A stretch of DNA of 64,000 bases. Source: an uncultured Chloroflexia bacterium (GTDB lineage: Bacteria; Chloroflexota; Anaerolineae; JAAYZQ01). Positions 51,100 to 62,133 of this stretch are shown here, piece by piece (within the stretch, counting starts at the first letter, position 1; every line of letters starts with the position of its first letter). A program made the position numbers and the translations under genes. Location of the stretch: contig CAVOXA010000010.1 of the NCBI GenBank assembly GCA_963700285.1, forward strand, positions 672,001 to 736,000, read 5' to 3'. The notes below the pieces were generated by a model. The model was not told where the DNA came from, ran no database searches, and worked only from the letters and a program-made list of their open reading frames with translations.

Positions 51100-52641
51100 A
51101 TGACTACAGCGAGCGTTGCGATCCTGGTAGCTTTGGTAGCTTTGGCCGCATTGGCTCTGGGCGCGGTTGGTGGGTATTCCTACCATCGGCACAGAAGCCA
51201 ACAACAGGTCGACGGCGCCGAGCGCCAGGTAGAGCGTATCCTGGCGGACGCGGAAACGCAGGCCAAGGAGCAGGTGGTCCAAGCCCGGGATGAAGCTCAC
51301 AGAATGCGAAGTGCGGCCGAAAAAGAGATCAAGTCCAGGGAACAGGAACTCCGGCGGGAAGAAGACCGTATTCAAAAGAGGCGGGCGTCTCTTGACGAGC
51401 GATTTGAACGCATGGACAAGCAGGAGCGTAGCCTGAGTCAACGCCAGAGTGCGCTGGACAAAAGACAGAACCAGCTGGAGCAGTTGGAGCACGAACGGAT
51501 GGTCGAGCTGGAACGGGTGGCCAATATGACACAGGACGAGGCCAGGAGCCTACTTCTTGACACCGTCAAGCAGGATGCACGACAGGACATGGCCCGGGTC
51601 ATTCGCGAAGTCGAGGCCGAAGCAAGAGAGGAAGGCGAACGCCGGGCGCGAAAAATCGTGACTCTGGCGGTTCAACGCATCGCTTCGGATCAGGTGTCTG
51701 AAATCTCGGTTTCGACCGTGCCCCTGACGAGTGACGATATGAAGGGGAGAATCATCGGCAGACAGGGCCGCAACATCCGCGCCCTGGAGAAGGCGACCGG
51801 GGTAGATCTCGTGGTGGATGATACCCCCGAGGCTGTCCTTTTGTCTTGCTTTGACCCTGTACGGCGTGAGGTGGCCCGGCTAGCGCTCACGAGGCTTATC
51901 GTCGATGGGCGCATCCACCCAGCGCGCATCGAAAGTGTGGTGGCTGCTGCAAAGACGGAGGTCGATCAGATCATCCGAGAGGCGGGTGAGCAAGCTGCCA
52001 TTGAGGCGGGTGTACCTGGTTTGCGTCCCGAGATCCTCAGGCTCATGGGCCGGCTGAAATACCGGACCAGCTATGGGCAGAACCAGTTGGATCACGCTGT
52101 CGAAACCACCCACTTGGCAGGTATCTTGGCCTCGGAATTGGGCGCCAACGTGCGAGTGGCCAAGGCGGGCGCGTTCCTCCACGATCTGGGCAAGGCGGTG
52201 GACCACGAGGTGGAGGGCCCACATGCACTCATTGGGGCTGACCTGGCCAAGCGCTATGGTGTCTCAACGGCCGTCATCAACTGCATTGCAGCGCACCACG
52301 GCGAGGCCGATACCGAATCTCTGGAGGCTGTCATTGTCGAGGCAGCGGATGCTATTTCGGGAGCGCGTCCGGGAGCAAGACGAGAATCACTCGAAGCCTA
52401 CGTCAAGCGCATCAAGGCGCTGGAAGAGGTGGCTAACTCTTTTGACGGCGTGGCTGAAACGTACGCCATCCAGGCCGGTAGGGAAATCCGCATTATCGTC
52501 AAGCCTGAGCAGATCGATGATCTAGCTTCTATCCAGCTCTCAAAGAATGTAGCCAAAGCCGTGGAGGAGAATCTGCAGTATCCTGGACAGATCAAGGTTA
52601 CCGTCATTCGCGAAACGAGGGCCGTGGATTTCGCAAAATAG
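51100..52641 (+). CDS. rny: ribonuclease Y
   Basis: N-terminal TM helix, coiled coil, KH domain [16 protein letters not shown] domain RTSYGQN...HDLGK. Confidence 0.97.
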   Translation: MTTASVAILVALVALAALALGAVGGYSYHRHRSQQQVDGAERQVERILADAETQAKEQVVQARDEAHRMRSAAEKEIKSREQELRREEDRIQKRRASLDERFERMDKQERSLSQRQSALDKRQNQLEQLEHERMVELERVANMTQDEARSLLLDTVKQDARQDMARVIREVEAEAREEGERRARKIVTLAVQRIASDQVSEISVSTVPLTSDDMKGRIIGRQGRNIRALEKATGVDLVVDDTPEAVLLSCFDPVRREVARLALTRLIVDGRIHPARIESVVAAAKTEVDQIIREAGEQAAIEAGVPGLRPEILRLMGRLKYRTSYGQNQLDHAVETTHLAGILASELGANVRVAKAGAFLHDLGKAVDHEVEGPHALIGADLAKRYGVSTAVINCIAAHHGEADTESLEAVIVEAADAISGARPGARRESLEAYVKRIKALEEVANSFDGVAETYAIQAGREIRIIVKPEQIDDLASIQLSKNVAKAVEENLQYPGQIKVTVIRETRAVDFAK

Positions 52642-52848
52642 GCATTCGCCTCCTGTTGGCACAGATCACAAATATCGAACCGAATTGGGGGTTGTGTTTT
52701 GGGGGAGGATCGTGTAGAATAATAGAGACCAATGACCTAGTCTCCTCGGTGTGTCATCTAGGCCAGTGTATCGGTTCAGTCGCATTGGACACAGTCAAGG
52801 GCCGTTTGAACAAGGCCTTCCCCGCAAAGAGGTCCAGGAGGCATCGAG

Positions 52849-53112
52849 ATGGCAGAGATAGTCCGGGTTTCAGCAAAGTCCAGGGCACCTGCAGTTGCCG
52901 GAGCCATTGCCGGAGTTGTCCGTGAGAACAGCCGGGCGGATGTCCAGGCAATCGGCGCCGGGGCGGTCAATCAGGCTGTGAAAGCCATAGCCATCGCCAG
53001 AGGGTTCCTACTTCTCGACGGCCTGGACGTGGTATGCACCCCCTCTTTCGTAGATGTGGAGATTGACGGGCTAGAGCGAACAGCGATCCGATTCGCAATC
53101 GAGGCCCGCTAG
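52849..53112 (+). CDS. spoVS: SpoVS family protein
   Basis: VAGAIAG, QAIGAGAVNQAVKAIAIARGF, ERTAI. Confidence 0.95.
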   Translation: MAEIVRVSAKSRAPAVAGAIAGVVRENSRADVQAIGAGAVNQAVKAIAIARGFLLLDGLDVVCTPSFVDVEIDGLERTAIRFAIEAR

Positions 53113-53152
53113 CCGGCCCACACCGGCGCAGCCAAACCGGACAGAGAAGTGA

Positions 53153-54019
53153 CTAACGGGGTCTGGATCGCCGCCTGCGCCGTCCTCGCTTGAGAGACGG
53201 GAGTTCAGGCTGCGGCTGGCTCATCTCGATCAGTTCCTGCTGTGTTACCTCAACCCGAACCTGGTTCTCTAACTCGACCTGGACCGCCTCCTGCATGACG
53301 TTGACCTGAATGACCTTGCCACGGCCATGAGGCGTGTTGATGATGCTTCCCCGTCGGGGCAGGTTGCTTCTGATCGCCGTGTACTGGTCGTTCTCGTAGG
53401 CTAGACAGCAAAGCAACCGCCCACACACGCCCGAGATCTCCATCGGGCTGAGAGGCAGCTCTTGTTGCTTGGCCATTTTGATCGAGACTGGATTAAACTC
53501 TGTGAGCCAGGTAGCACAACAGAGATTGCGGCCGCACTTGCCCATGCCCCCTATGAGCTTGGCCTCATCGCGTACTCCGATCTGGCGCAGCTCAATGCGA
53601 GCCCTGAACGAGCGGGCCAAATCCTGGACCAATCTGCGAAAATCCACTCTTTTCTCTGCAGTAAAGAAAAAGACCAATCGACTGCCATCATAGTTGTACT
53701 CGGCCCGAACGAACTTCATCGGCAGGTTATGCTCTTGGGCTCTATCCTGGCAGCGGGCCAGGGCGTCCCGCTCCTTGTACTGAAAGTAGGCCATTTGGGC
53801 AAGGTCCAGAGCGGATGCGCGGCGCCTGGCCTTTTTGAGTTGTCCTACTATCTCCTTGTCACTCACCTCACGAGGAGAGAAAAGAACTTTTCCGACTTCT
53901 TCGCCACGAGACGTTTCTACGACGACATATTCCCCGGCCATCAGATCCTCTAGGGTACCAGGATCAAAGTAGTACACTTTGGTCGCCGGGTTGAATCGAA
54001 CTCCAATTACCAAGGCCAT
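53153..54019 (-). CDS. ricT: RicT/YaaT (PSP1 domain) protein
   Basis: RVDFR.LV, RIELRQIGVRDEAK, CGR.LCC, ISGVCGRLLCCL; follows holB. Confidence 0.93.
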   Translation of the reverse strand: MALVIGVRFNPATKVYYFDPGTLEDLMAGEYVVVETSRGEEVGKVLFSPREVSDKEIVGQLKKARRRASALDLAQMAYFQYKERDALARCQDRAQEHNLPMKFVRAEYNYDGSRLVFFFTAEKRVDFRRLVQDLARSFRARIELRQIGVRDEAKLIGGMGKCGRNLCCATWLTEFNPVSIKMAKQQELPLSPMEISGVCGRLLCCLAYENDQYTAIRSNLPRRGSIINTPHGRGKVIQVNVMQEAVQVELENQVRVEVTQQELIEMSQPQPELPSLKRGRRRRRSRPR

Positions 54020-54139
54020 CTTGATCCTTTCCAGGAAAACCTGATCTCATAGGGTGCTGCGGTCTGCAGTCTGTCGCTGTACCGCGCACTCGTAGATTGG
54101 TTCTCAAAGAGCCGCTGTCCTGCCTTCAAGCTCTTTGGG

Positions 54140-55132
54140 CTAGCTCTGAGGTAGCAGATTGCTCTGCGGCAACTGGAGGAGCAGTCCTTCAACGGCCAGT
54201 CTGGCATTCACATTTGACTCCACCTGGTCGGCTGTTGCCTGCAAGGATTGCAGCCCAGCCACTGCCTGTGCCAAGGTTAGCTGCGCTGATAGTTGGCGGA
54301 TCTCGTCCAGTCGGTCTACATTCACGATCCCGGTCTCATTTCGACTGCATAGCAGGAGCAGGTCACGCCACCAAGAGATCCACAACTCGATGTACTGACG
54401 AACCATTGCCGGCTCACGGCTGGCCCTGGAAGCATACTCAAGCCGCCCCAACCGATCCTCCTGCAAGAGTCCAATCAGGGTATCCAGACCCTGTTGGCGG
54501 AAGCGCAGTATGGCATCGTCCTCACTGGCACGTAATGCCCATCCCACTCTTCCACCCGAGAGCTTGGACAGGAGTTTTGCTCTAGGTGATGGGACTCCCT
54601 TTTCGCGCAATGCGAGTTCAACGATATCATGGGCAGTTGGCCTCAGGTCCAGACGTTGGCAGCGCGATACCACCGTTGCGGGCAGCGCCTCGGGATCCAA
54701 CGCTGTCAGGACCAGTACTATGTGACCTGGCGGTTCCTCCAGAGTCTTGAGCAGGCTGTTGGCCGCCTCCACGCTGGCTCGGTCCATCTGCCGTAGGACA
54801 AAGACCCGATATCGTCCCTCGTAGGGCGCCAACATCGCTTCCCGCTGAAGTGCCCGGATCTGCTCGATTTTGATGCTGTCCTTCACACCCTCCCCCTGGA
54901 CCAGCTGAACATCTGGGTGAACACCCCTCGCGATCCGGAGACACGAAGGGCACTGGCCACAGGGTGGATCGGCTTGTGTGCAGTTCAGGGCCTGAGCCAG
55001 GGCCAGCGCCAGGGTAGTCTTGCCAACCTGGGACGGGCCAGAGAAAAGATAGGCATGCGCCACCCGGCCTACTGTCAAGCTGCGGCGCAGCAAGTCCACT
55101 GCCCAGTCGTGTCCGATGATCTGCCAACCCAT
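54140..55132 (-). CDS. holB: DNA polymerase III subunit delta'
   Basis: HAYLFSGP, C...CGQCPSC, HPD, AANSLLKTLEEPP, SRC. Confidence 0.93.
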   Translation of the reverse strand: MGWQIIGHDWAVDLLRRSLTVGRVAHAYLFSGPSQVGKTTLALALAQALNCTQADPPCGQCPSCLRIARGVHPDVQLVQGEGVKDSIKIEQIRALQREAMLAPYEGRYRVFVLRQMDRASVEAANSLLKTLEEPPGHIVLVLTALDPEALPATVVSRCQRLDLRPTAHDIVELALREKGVPSPRAKLLSKLSGGRVGWALRASEDDAILRFRQQGLDTLIGLLQEDRLGRLEYASRASREPAMVRQYIELWISWWRDLLLLCSRNETGIVNVDRLDEIRQLSAQLTLAQAVAGLQSLQATADQVESNVNARLAVEGLLLQLPQSNLLPQS

Positions 55133-55307
55133 TCCAGTTGCCTATGCCTCTCAGGCCTTTCGTCCCAGGGCAAAACCAGACATAATGAATCTACGAATTT
55201 CATTGACGCATTGCATTGTACTCGAAAAGCCCATGGCTGGCAAGCAAGGCTGGAACAGGGATAACGAACCAGACAGGATCCCGGGTTCGGGGTACAGCCG
55301 ACTTGGA

Positions 55308-56378
55308 TCACATGCCGGGGGGGACTGCTCCCAGCACTGCGGCCCAGTCACTAGGTGATACGCCCGGCGACTCGATATTATGGATCCGGTAGAATTCCTC
55401 AACGACACCCAGGATCTCGTCTGAATTGGCGCCGAGAAGGTCCTTCTCCAGCTCGGCTAGCTGATTGGCTGGGTAGAAGAAAAAGTCGCCTGACAATGCG
55501 ACAGTAGCAATCTGCCCTTGGTACATCTCGACCGTGGCCCGCATCAGACCCCCGGGGGCCTTGTGCATTCGCTGCGTCACCTCCACGCCCTCGGCGATCT
55601 TGACTGTCCGATCTGTATTCTTACGTTCGGGGAAGCGTTTGCCCGATTTGAGCAGCCAATCGTCTGAGGTGTGTGTCTGGGTCAATTCGGCTACCTGGGC
55701 TCCCAAACCCTCTGGTAGTGGTACTGGGGTCAAGTCTCCCAATGCCACCGCAAAGTTCCGGATCAAGGTAGATGTCATCGTATTCCACGCCGGCATTTGA
55801 TCCAGTTCACGACGCAGGGTGGTCAAGTTCTCGCGCATGCTCTTGAACACCTTGTCACGGAATTTGGCATCTGGCACAAGGAGCACACGAACCATCGTCT
55901 CATAGTCAAAATCGGCAATGAGGTTGCCCACCAGGATCAAATAGTTGCCTATCTCAGCCGCACCATTTCCCGAGATCTTGCGGCCTGCTGTGGTAATGAT
56001 GTCATTGACAGGCCGGTAGCGTACCTCAACGCCCAGATCTCGATAGGTCTGTACCACTGGGGCCAGAAATCTGCGATAAAACTCGTCCTTATCCCTGGAG
56101 GCTAGCGGGTTATCGCGATGGATTACCAACTGGTAAAAGATCTGTTGCCCGTCCAGGTAGACCGCGCCGCCTCCCACTTCCCGACGGAAGACAGGGATGC
56201 CCTGCTCCCGGCAATAGGCCAGGTCAACCTCACTTTCGGCGTCCTGGTGATAGCCAATACATACGTATGGTTCAGCCGGCGCCAGCAGGATCAATCCTTC
56301 CATCTCCAGGCGGGGAAGGGCGTGATAGATCAACTGTGAATCGAGCCAGGGTACGTGACCTAGATCGTATAGATTCAT
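55308..56378 (-). CDS. lipoate--protein ligase A family
   Basis: RREVGGGAVYLD, PVND, RKISGNG, C-terminal GDFF domain; start after AAGGAGG. Confidence 0.9.
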   Translation of the reverse strand: MNLYDLGHVPWLDSQLIYHALPRLEMEGLILLAPAEPYVCIGYHQDAESEVDLAYCREQGIPVFRREVGGGAVYLDGQQIFYQLVIHRDNPLASRDKDEFYRRFLAPVVQTYRDLGVEVRYRPVNDIITTAGRKISGNGAAEIGNYLILVGNLIADFDYETMVRVLLVPDAKFRDKVFKSMRENLTTLRRELDQMPAWNTMTSTLIRNFAVALGDLTPVPLPEGLGAQVAELTQTHTSDDWLLKSGKRFPERKNTDRTVKIAEGVEVTQRMHKAPGGLMRATVEMYQGQIATVALSGDFFFYPANQLAELEKDLLGANSDEILGVVEEFYRIHNIESPGVSPSDWAAVLGAVPPGM

Positions 56379-56743
56379 CTGTATTCGCAACCTCCTTCGG
56401 GCTCCTCTAGTCCTGACCACGGCCTTGACCTCAGGCCTGCCGTTGACCTTTTGCCTCACTCATCGGAAAGCTACTGTGTTGCGACGAAAGCTCTGCGCCC
56501 AAAGCCATAACAGAGCGGAAACGATGGCCCAGAATCTCGAACTCAGCAGGAATACCAGTCAAGAACTAACATAGATCACGTCTGCGCTCTGACCAATGAC
56601 CAGTACCAGAATAGGCAGGACGTGATGGGCCCGTGAGACGACACGCTTCAGGGCCCCACCAGCAGGGATTATACCACACTCAAGCCGTTGGCCAAGCTGG
56701 TCGACTTCAGAAGTGTGGGCAAGGGGCCAGGAGAAGATGCGAT

Positions 56744-56772
56744 TTGACACTCGGGGAGGGCTAGCGTATAAT
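56744..56772 (+). promoter_or_regulatory. consensus sigma70 promoter of the ABC-F gene
   Basis: TTGACA-17 bp-TATAAT. Confidence 0.85.
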
Positions 56773-56916
56773 CCTCTCGCTCTCCAAAGGAATGCAGGAA
56801 TGTGATATACCTACTCGCAGGTCAAGCACAAAGAATCCTGCCCAATTGCATGGGCTACCGCAATGGATATCCTGTTGGGAGTAGTGCGTCCTAATTCTGG
56901 ATTTTATGTCATTTTC

Positions 56917-56955
56917 AAGCCGTGGGCGCACTTGCATCCGCGGCTTTTTCTTCTT
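56917..56955 (+). terminator. leader terminator (attenuator) upstream of ABC-F
   Basis: AAGCCGTGGGCGCA-CT-TGCATCCGCGGCTT followed by TTTCTTCTT. Confidence 0.72.
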
Positions 56956-57106
56956 AGACTTACCTTGCCTTTCAGTTCGTGGGTGTAGAATTCTCACGGT
57001 TTGTGAACCTGTGGAACAGTGCAACGAATGGGGAATCAAACCCGTGGCCGGGTGAGGGAGAAATCGATGCTTTCCCAATCCGCTGCGGAGCTGGGGAGGA
57101 GATGCC

Positions 57107-58774
57107 GTGATTGTCATCAATCTGGACAACATTGGGCAGAGCTTCGGTACCCAGACGGTATTGGATGGAGCAAGCTGGGAGATCCAGGCCGGACAGAAGG
57201 TCGGTCTGGTGGGGCCAAACGGTGCGGGCAAGTCTACCCTGCTGCGAATCATCGCAGCGGAGATCAAACCGGACAGTGGTTTTGTCTATCGCCACAAGGA
57301 AGCGCGCATCGGTTACCTGGCCCAGGAGCCTGTCCTGGACGCCCACCAGACCGTTTGGCAAGAAGTGCTCAGTGCGGCGGAAGAGCTGTCCTGCGTAGAA
57401 ACTGAGTTGCGCCGGTTGGAGGCGCGCATGGGAGCCCCAGAGGTTTATGGCGACGAGCCTGCGCTGGCCCGGGTGTTGAGCGCTCACAGCCGGGTTCAGG
57501 CTGAGTTCGAGCGGCTGGATGGCTACCGTTACCAAAGCAGGGCGCGGGAGGCGCTGCGGACCCTGGGTCTGGAGGATACCGATTTTGATCTGCCCGTGGG
57601 CGCCTTGTCCGGCGGACAGAAGAAACTGGTGGGCCTGGCCAAACTGCTGGCCGTTGGCGCCGATCTGCTCCTCCTCGATGAGCCGGACAATCATCTGGAT
57701 CTGGCGGGCAAGGCTTACTTGGAACGCTTTATTGTGAACTTTTCTGGAACGGTGGTCATTGTCTCCCACGATCGTTACCTGCTGGATGGAACTGTGAACC
57801 TCATTGCCGAGGTGGAGGATCATCGCCTGACGGTTTATAAGGGCAACTATTCGGCCTATACCGTGGAGAAGCAGTTGCGCCTACTGCGCCAACAGCAGCG
57901 GTACGAGGCCCAACAAAAAGAGATCGCACGCATCGAGGCGGCTATTGCCCGTTTTGAGCTGTGGGCGAGCCTCGTCGTGGATGAGCGGCACGCCCGCCAG
58001 GCCCGCAGCCGGCACAAGATGCTGGAGCGAATGGAAAAGATCGACAAACCGGTGCTGGAGCGGCGACAGATGGGGCTGGCTCTCAACGGCTGGCGCGGGT
58101 CGCGCAAGGTACTCGAGATCGCGGATCTGGACAAAGCCTTTCCCTCTGTCGTGGGTGATGACAAGGGGGAGAATATCATTCTCGCCGGGCTGAACCTGTT
58201 GATGTGGCACGGCGAGCGGGTGGGACTGTTGGGGCCCAACGGCGCGGGCAAGAGCGTGCTGTTCCGCTGCATCCTGGGTTTGGAAGAGCCGACGGGCGGC
58301 AGCGTCAAGATCGGTCCCAGTGTACGAACTGGTTACTATGCTCAAGAGCACGAAACCCTGGATCTGAACAAGACCCTCATCGAGGAAGTACGAGGAACCC
58401 GGCCCATGTATGAACAACAGGCGGTGAGTTTTCTGGGACGGTTTTTGTTTCCCTACGAGATGGCCCGCAATCAGGTGAGCCACCTGTCGGGCGGGGAGCG
58501 GAGCCGGCTGCAACTGGCCAAGCTGATGCTATCAGGCGCCAATTTCCTGCTGCTGGACGAGCCAACAAATAATCTGGACCTGCCCTCCTGCGAAGTGCTG
58601 GAGAATGCCCTGGACGAGTTCGAGGGTACGGTGCTGGTCATCTCTCACGACCGCTATTTCCTGGATCGCATTGTGGACCGCATCGTGGAATTAGAGGATG
58701 GCGCACTGAGTGAGTACCCCGGCAGCTATAGTTACTATGTGGAGGAGAGGGCGCGGCGAAAGGGTGAAGCCTAG
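57107..58774 (+). CDS. ABC-F family ribosome-associated ATPase
   Basis: Two NBDs (GPNGAGKS, LSGGQ/LSGGE, LLLDEP.N.LD, SHDRY), helical linker, no TM domain. Confidence 0.95.
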   Translation: MIVINLDNIGQSFGTQTVLDGASWEIQAGQKVGLVGPNGAGKSTLLRIIAAEIKPDSGFVYRHKEARIGYLAQEPVLDAHQTVWQEVLSAAEELSCVETELRRLEARMGAPEVYGDEPALARVLSAHSRVQAEFERLDGYRYQSRAREALRTLGLEDTDFDLPVGALSGGQKKLVGLAKLLAVGADLLLLDEPDNHLDLAGKAYLERFIVNFSGTVVIVSHDRYLLDGTVNLIAEVEDHRLTVYKGNYSAYTVEKQLRLLRQQQRYEAQQKEIARIEAAIARFELWASLVVDERHARQARSRHKMLERMEKIDKPVLERRQMGLALNGWRGSRKVLEIADLDKAFPSVVGDDKGENIILAGLNLLMWHGERVGLLGPNGAGKSVLFRCILGLEEPTGGSVKIGPSVRTGYYAQEHETLDLNKTLIEEVRGTRPMYEQQAVSFLGRFLFPYEMARNQVSHLSGGERSRLQLAKLMLSGANFLLLDEPTNNLDLPSCEVLENALDEFEGTVLVISHDRYFLDRIVDRIVELEDGALSEYPGSYSYYVEERARRKGEA

Positions 58775-58865
58775 CACCCTGGAGGATGCCGCCGTGACCG
58801 AAAAAGGGACGCACGGCGATGCGCCCCTTTCCAGTCAGGAGTATGGCAGGCCACCACCCTCAATG

Positions 58866-59972
58866 TCAGCGATGGACGCAGGCTCCAAGGTCGGAAGTCC
58901 TGGGATCGCCCCCCAGTTGAACGATCATTTCGTCCGCGAATCCGCTGTCGCGAAGCGGGACCACGATATCCTGAAACAAGTCCGGTACCCAGGCCTTGAT
59001 GGCCACGAAAGGCATGTCTCCAGCCTGTAGCTGGTACTGCTGGATGGCAGCGGGTACCAGCACCGAATCCCCCTGAGCCAAGTTTACCTCCTGTGTCAGG
59101 GAGGGACCGTAGCGTACAGATCCCGAGCCCCCCAACACGGTCAGAACGTGAAAGCACTCGCCGTCAGGCATCTCCAGAACCTGCGATTCTACCTGGAGCC
59201 TCTCGGCGGCAAAGTACCGGCAGGCGACCAGCAGGGTCCGGGTACATCCGGGCTCCAGCAGTACCACAGGATCTACCTTGTGTTGGTCCAGCGGCACCAG
59301 ATCCGCGACGTCCAACGATTTCTCGATGTGCAGTGGCCGGTTGGGGTCGTTGCGATCCCAATCGTAGAGCCGGTACGTCAGATCCGAGGATTGCTGGATC
59401 TCGTACAGCAGGAGCCCTTCGAGCAGGGCGTGGATGGTGCCTGCGGGATTCATGTACACGTCTCCCGCGGTGACCCCTACATCATGCATCAGGTCCCGCA
59501 GCGTGCCGGTCTGGATGGCCTGGGTTGCCTCTGACCGGCTCAGGGGCGTCTTGACCCCATGGATCAGCCGGGCACTTGGTTCAGCGTCGAGGATGTACCA
59601 TGCCTCGGCCTTGCCGAAAGGCTCCCCTTCGTACGCCTGGGCATAGCCGTCATCGGGATGGACCTGAACCGACAGAGTATCCTGTGTATCCAGGAGCTTG
59701 ACCAGCAGCGGAAATACGGGAGGTAGCCCAGCGAATCTCCCGCCCAGGAGCTGTTGGGAATGGGCGCGAACCAGACTGGCCAGCTTCTGACCGCGGAGAG
59801 GGCCGTTTTCGACAAGGAGTTGGTCCCAAACGGCCCAGACTTCACCTATCAAGCGGCCGGCAGGCGCCTCCAGGTGGAGCATCCGGGACAGTTTGTGTCC
59901 ACCCCACACCTTTTCCACTGCCAGGGCAGAGAATCTGAGAGGATACAAGTCGATGTCGTTTTGATCTGGCAT
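58866..59972 (-). CDS. manA: class I mannose-6-phosphate isomerase
   Basis: KVWGG, FPLLVK, LSVQVHP, GKAEAWY, GTIHA, EIQQSSDLTYRLYDW. Confidence 0.92.
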   Translation of the reverse strand: MPDQNDIDLYPLRFSALAVEKVWGGHKLSRMLHLEAPAGRLIGEVWAVWDQLLVENGPLRGQKLASLVRAHSQQLLGGRFAGLPPVFPLLVKLLDTQDTLSVQVHPDDGYAQAYEGEPFGKAEAWYILDAEPSARLIHGVKTPLSRSEATQAIQTGTLRDLMHDVGVTAGDVYMNPAGTIHALLEGLLLYEIQQSSDLTYRLYDWDRNDPNRPLHIEKSLDVADLVPLDQHKVDPVVLLEPGCTRTLLVACRYFAAERLQVESQVLEMPDGECFHVLTVLGGSGSVRYGPSLTQEVNLAQGDSVLVPAAIQQYQLQAGDMPFVAIKAWVPDLFQDIVVPLRDSGFADEMIVQLGGDPRTSDLGACVHR

Positions 59973-60053
59973 GAGGGCTTTTTCCCCTTTCTCTTCAGAG
60001 AGGTGGCGAACCAGTTTTTGGGTACCGGCAGACTGGTTTCGTTCCCTCCACAG

Positions 60054-60887
60054 TCACACGTCGGTAGGACGCCGTCCTGCTTTCACCGCCAGACGATAGA
60101 TTTCGCGCCGGGGCCAGCCAGACTCAGCAGCCAGTTGGCGGCTGGTCTCCTTGGCCCCTAGACCTTGCTCCAGGCGGGTCTGAATCGCGGCATGTAGGCG
60201 CATCCCATCCCAGGGTTGGGCGTTTTCTCGGGCGCCGCCGATGACCAGAACAACCGGAGCCTCCGCTGGCCGGTCAGACACGTACTGCGATGCCCCAGCA
60301 ATGGTACCCCGCCAGGTTCCGGTTGGGTGCTGGTCAGATGATGTCACTGCCAGAGGGCGGTCCCCCAGCGTTTCGTTCAAATCAGACAGAAGACCAAGGA
60401 TATGCTCCGGCGATTCTGTGACAACGAGGGTACGGCGTTGGGTGGCTATGGAACTCAGGAGTTCCCTGCGTACAGCCGGTTGCCGAGGCAATTGGCCAAG
60501 GTAAACAAAGCTATCGGCCGGCAACCCAGAAACGACAAGCGCCGTGAGCGATAGTGTGGGGCCAGGTACGGGTACGACGGGAAAGTTGCGCTCAAGGGCG
60601 GCGCGGATGGCTACCTGGCTTGAGCTGGTGGGACCAATGAAAGCGCCCGCGCATAGAATCGCTACATCCGCCTTTGCCAGCAAGCCCAAGATACGGCTGA
60701 TAGCGGCTGGTTGGGCCGGATCGGAGAGGGCAACGTGGGGTACGGCGATCGCGTGGTAGGCCAGCAACTGCTGTACGCCAGAGCGGTTGCCGACGACGAG
60801 GGCTGCCTCTCCCAGGATGCGCTTGGCCCGGAGGGTGAGGTCGTCTGGATCGCCGGTTGGCGCGCCAACAATATACAGGGTCCCCAC
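60054..60887 (-). CDS. rsmI: 16S rRNA C1402 2'-O-methyltransferase RsmI-like (diverged)
   Basis: GTLYIVGAPTG..DDLTLRA, VPVPGP, SGLP, ESP; several motifs degenerate. Confidence 0.8.
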   Translation of the reverse strand: MGTLYIVGAPTGDPDDLTLRAKRILGEAALVVGNRSGVQQLLAYHAIAVPHVALSDPAQPAAISRILGLLAKADVAILCAGAFIGPTSSSQVAIRAALERNFPVVPVPGPTLSLTALVVSGLPADSFVYLGQLPRQPAVRRELLSSIATQRRTLVVTESPEHILGLLSDLNETLGDRPLAVTSSDQHPTGTWRGTIAGASQYVSDRPAEAPVVLVIGGARENAQPWDGMRLHAAIQTRLEQGLGAKETSRQLAAESGWPRREIYRLAVKAGRRPTDV

Positions 60888-60967
60888 AGTTGGAATGGCT
60901 TCCTTGCCGGGTAGGATACCCGGCCTATCAGGCTAAATCGTCAAGTGGCTGTAAGATAGTGGACAAG

Positions 60968-61040
60968 TACCCCTGGCAGGAATCGAACCTGCGACACATG
61001 GTTTAGGAAACCACTGCTCTATCCTCTGAGCTACAGGGGC
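60968..61040 (-). tRNA. tRNA-Arg(CCT), CCA not encoded
   Basis: GCCCCTGTAGCTCAGAGGATAGAGCAGTGGTTTCCTAAACCA...GGTTCGATTCCTGCCAGGGGTA. Confidence 0.95.
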
Positions 61041-61199
61041 AGACCGCCGCCAGTATAACACAGGACTGGCTGGCTGACAAACCGCCTGGCTGTTGACGAA
61101 GGTCCGTGGCTATGCTCTGTAACACATCGACACTTTGATCGGTTGCTCGGTAAGGCCGAATTCTTACAGATCAAGGCCCTGGCTTTTCCGATCTGGCAT

Positions 61200-61594
61200 A
61201 AGGGCCGACCCGGAATCGCAATTCAAGACGATGAAGTATCGTGCCGATTTCCCGGAGAGATTTGGCTGCATCGAAGATGCCCGCGCCTGGGCTCGTCCCT
61301 TCTTCCAGTGGTACAACCACAACCATCATCACAGCGCCTTGGGGCTGATGACCCCCGCCACAGTTGACTTTGGTCAAGCACAACGAATAACGAACCAGTG
61401 CCAACAGGTCCTCCAGGTAGCCTATGCAGCACATCCAGAACGCTTTGTGGTGGCGAACCCAAACCGCCATCCTTACCGGAGGAAGTCTGGATCAACGGGC
61501 CGCAGTCGTCGGAGTGGCCGTGGGCGCAATCAAGACCCAGCGATTGCGCCCTAAATTCTGAAGCGAGTTGTCTCACATTGATTGACACATTCCG
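61200..61594 (+). mobile_element. IS3-family transposase C-terminal remnant with probable right end
   Basis: ESQFKTMKY...FP.RF, WYN..H.HS.LG..TP; frameshifted tail; TGTCTCA...TTGACA end-like sequence; N-terminus absent. Confidence 0.8.
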
Positions 61595-62133
61595 ATGCGC
61601 GTCGCTACTACGCGGCCAATCTGCCAGATGCGGTAGCCTTGGTTCTACGGTCACCGGGTTGACTTTGCAACAGCCGTAGGACGCGTACTATCGAAACTTG
61701 ACATGGTCTGGGGGACCGCTTATAATTGTAAGCTAGAATGTGGGATGCTTTGAACCTGAATACCTTCGGATACAAGGAGTGAATGCTTTCCAGTTGCTTG
61801 GGATGATGCCGAGGAGTGAAGAGGATCCACATCGCCGTAGCTCTGTTGTACCCATTCCTGTCTTCCCAACACCAGTGTCAGAGTTGGCCAGAGAGGCCAC
61901 AATAGCGTTCTGCCTGGCAGAGTCGAGGGTAGGCCAAAGATCAAAAAGCGTTCGTATGGAATAGCATCCCAAAGTACTCCATTGCCGATCTTGCGCAACG
62001 ATCACATGCCCCTTCTCTATTGCCAGATTGGTTCTTCAGGCTAGCAGCCTTCCATTAGGCGATACTCGTTTCCCAGGAGCAGTAATAAGTACTGGATCCG
62101 GGCAGCTGCACAGCGGCTGGCACATTGCATTGA

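Noticed and set aside
52849-54019. Endospore formation inferred from spoVS and the stage-0 protein YaaT
   Set aside because: Both families are widespread in non-sporulating bacteria.
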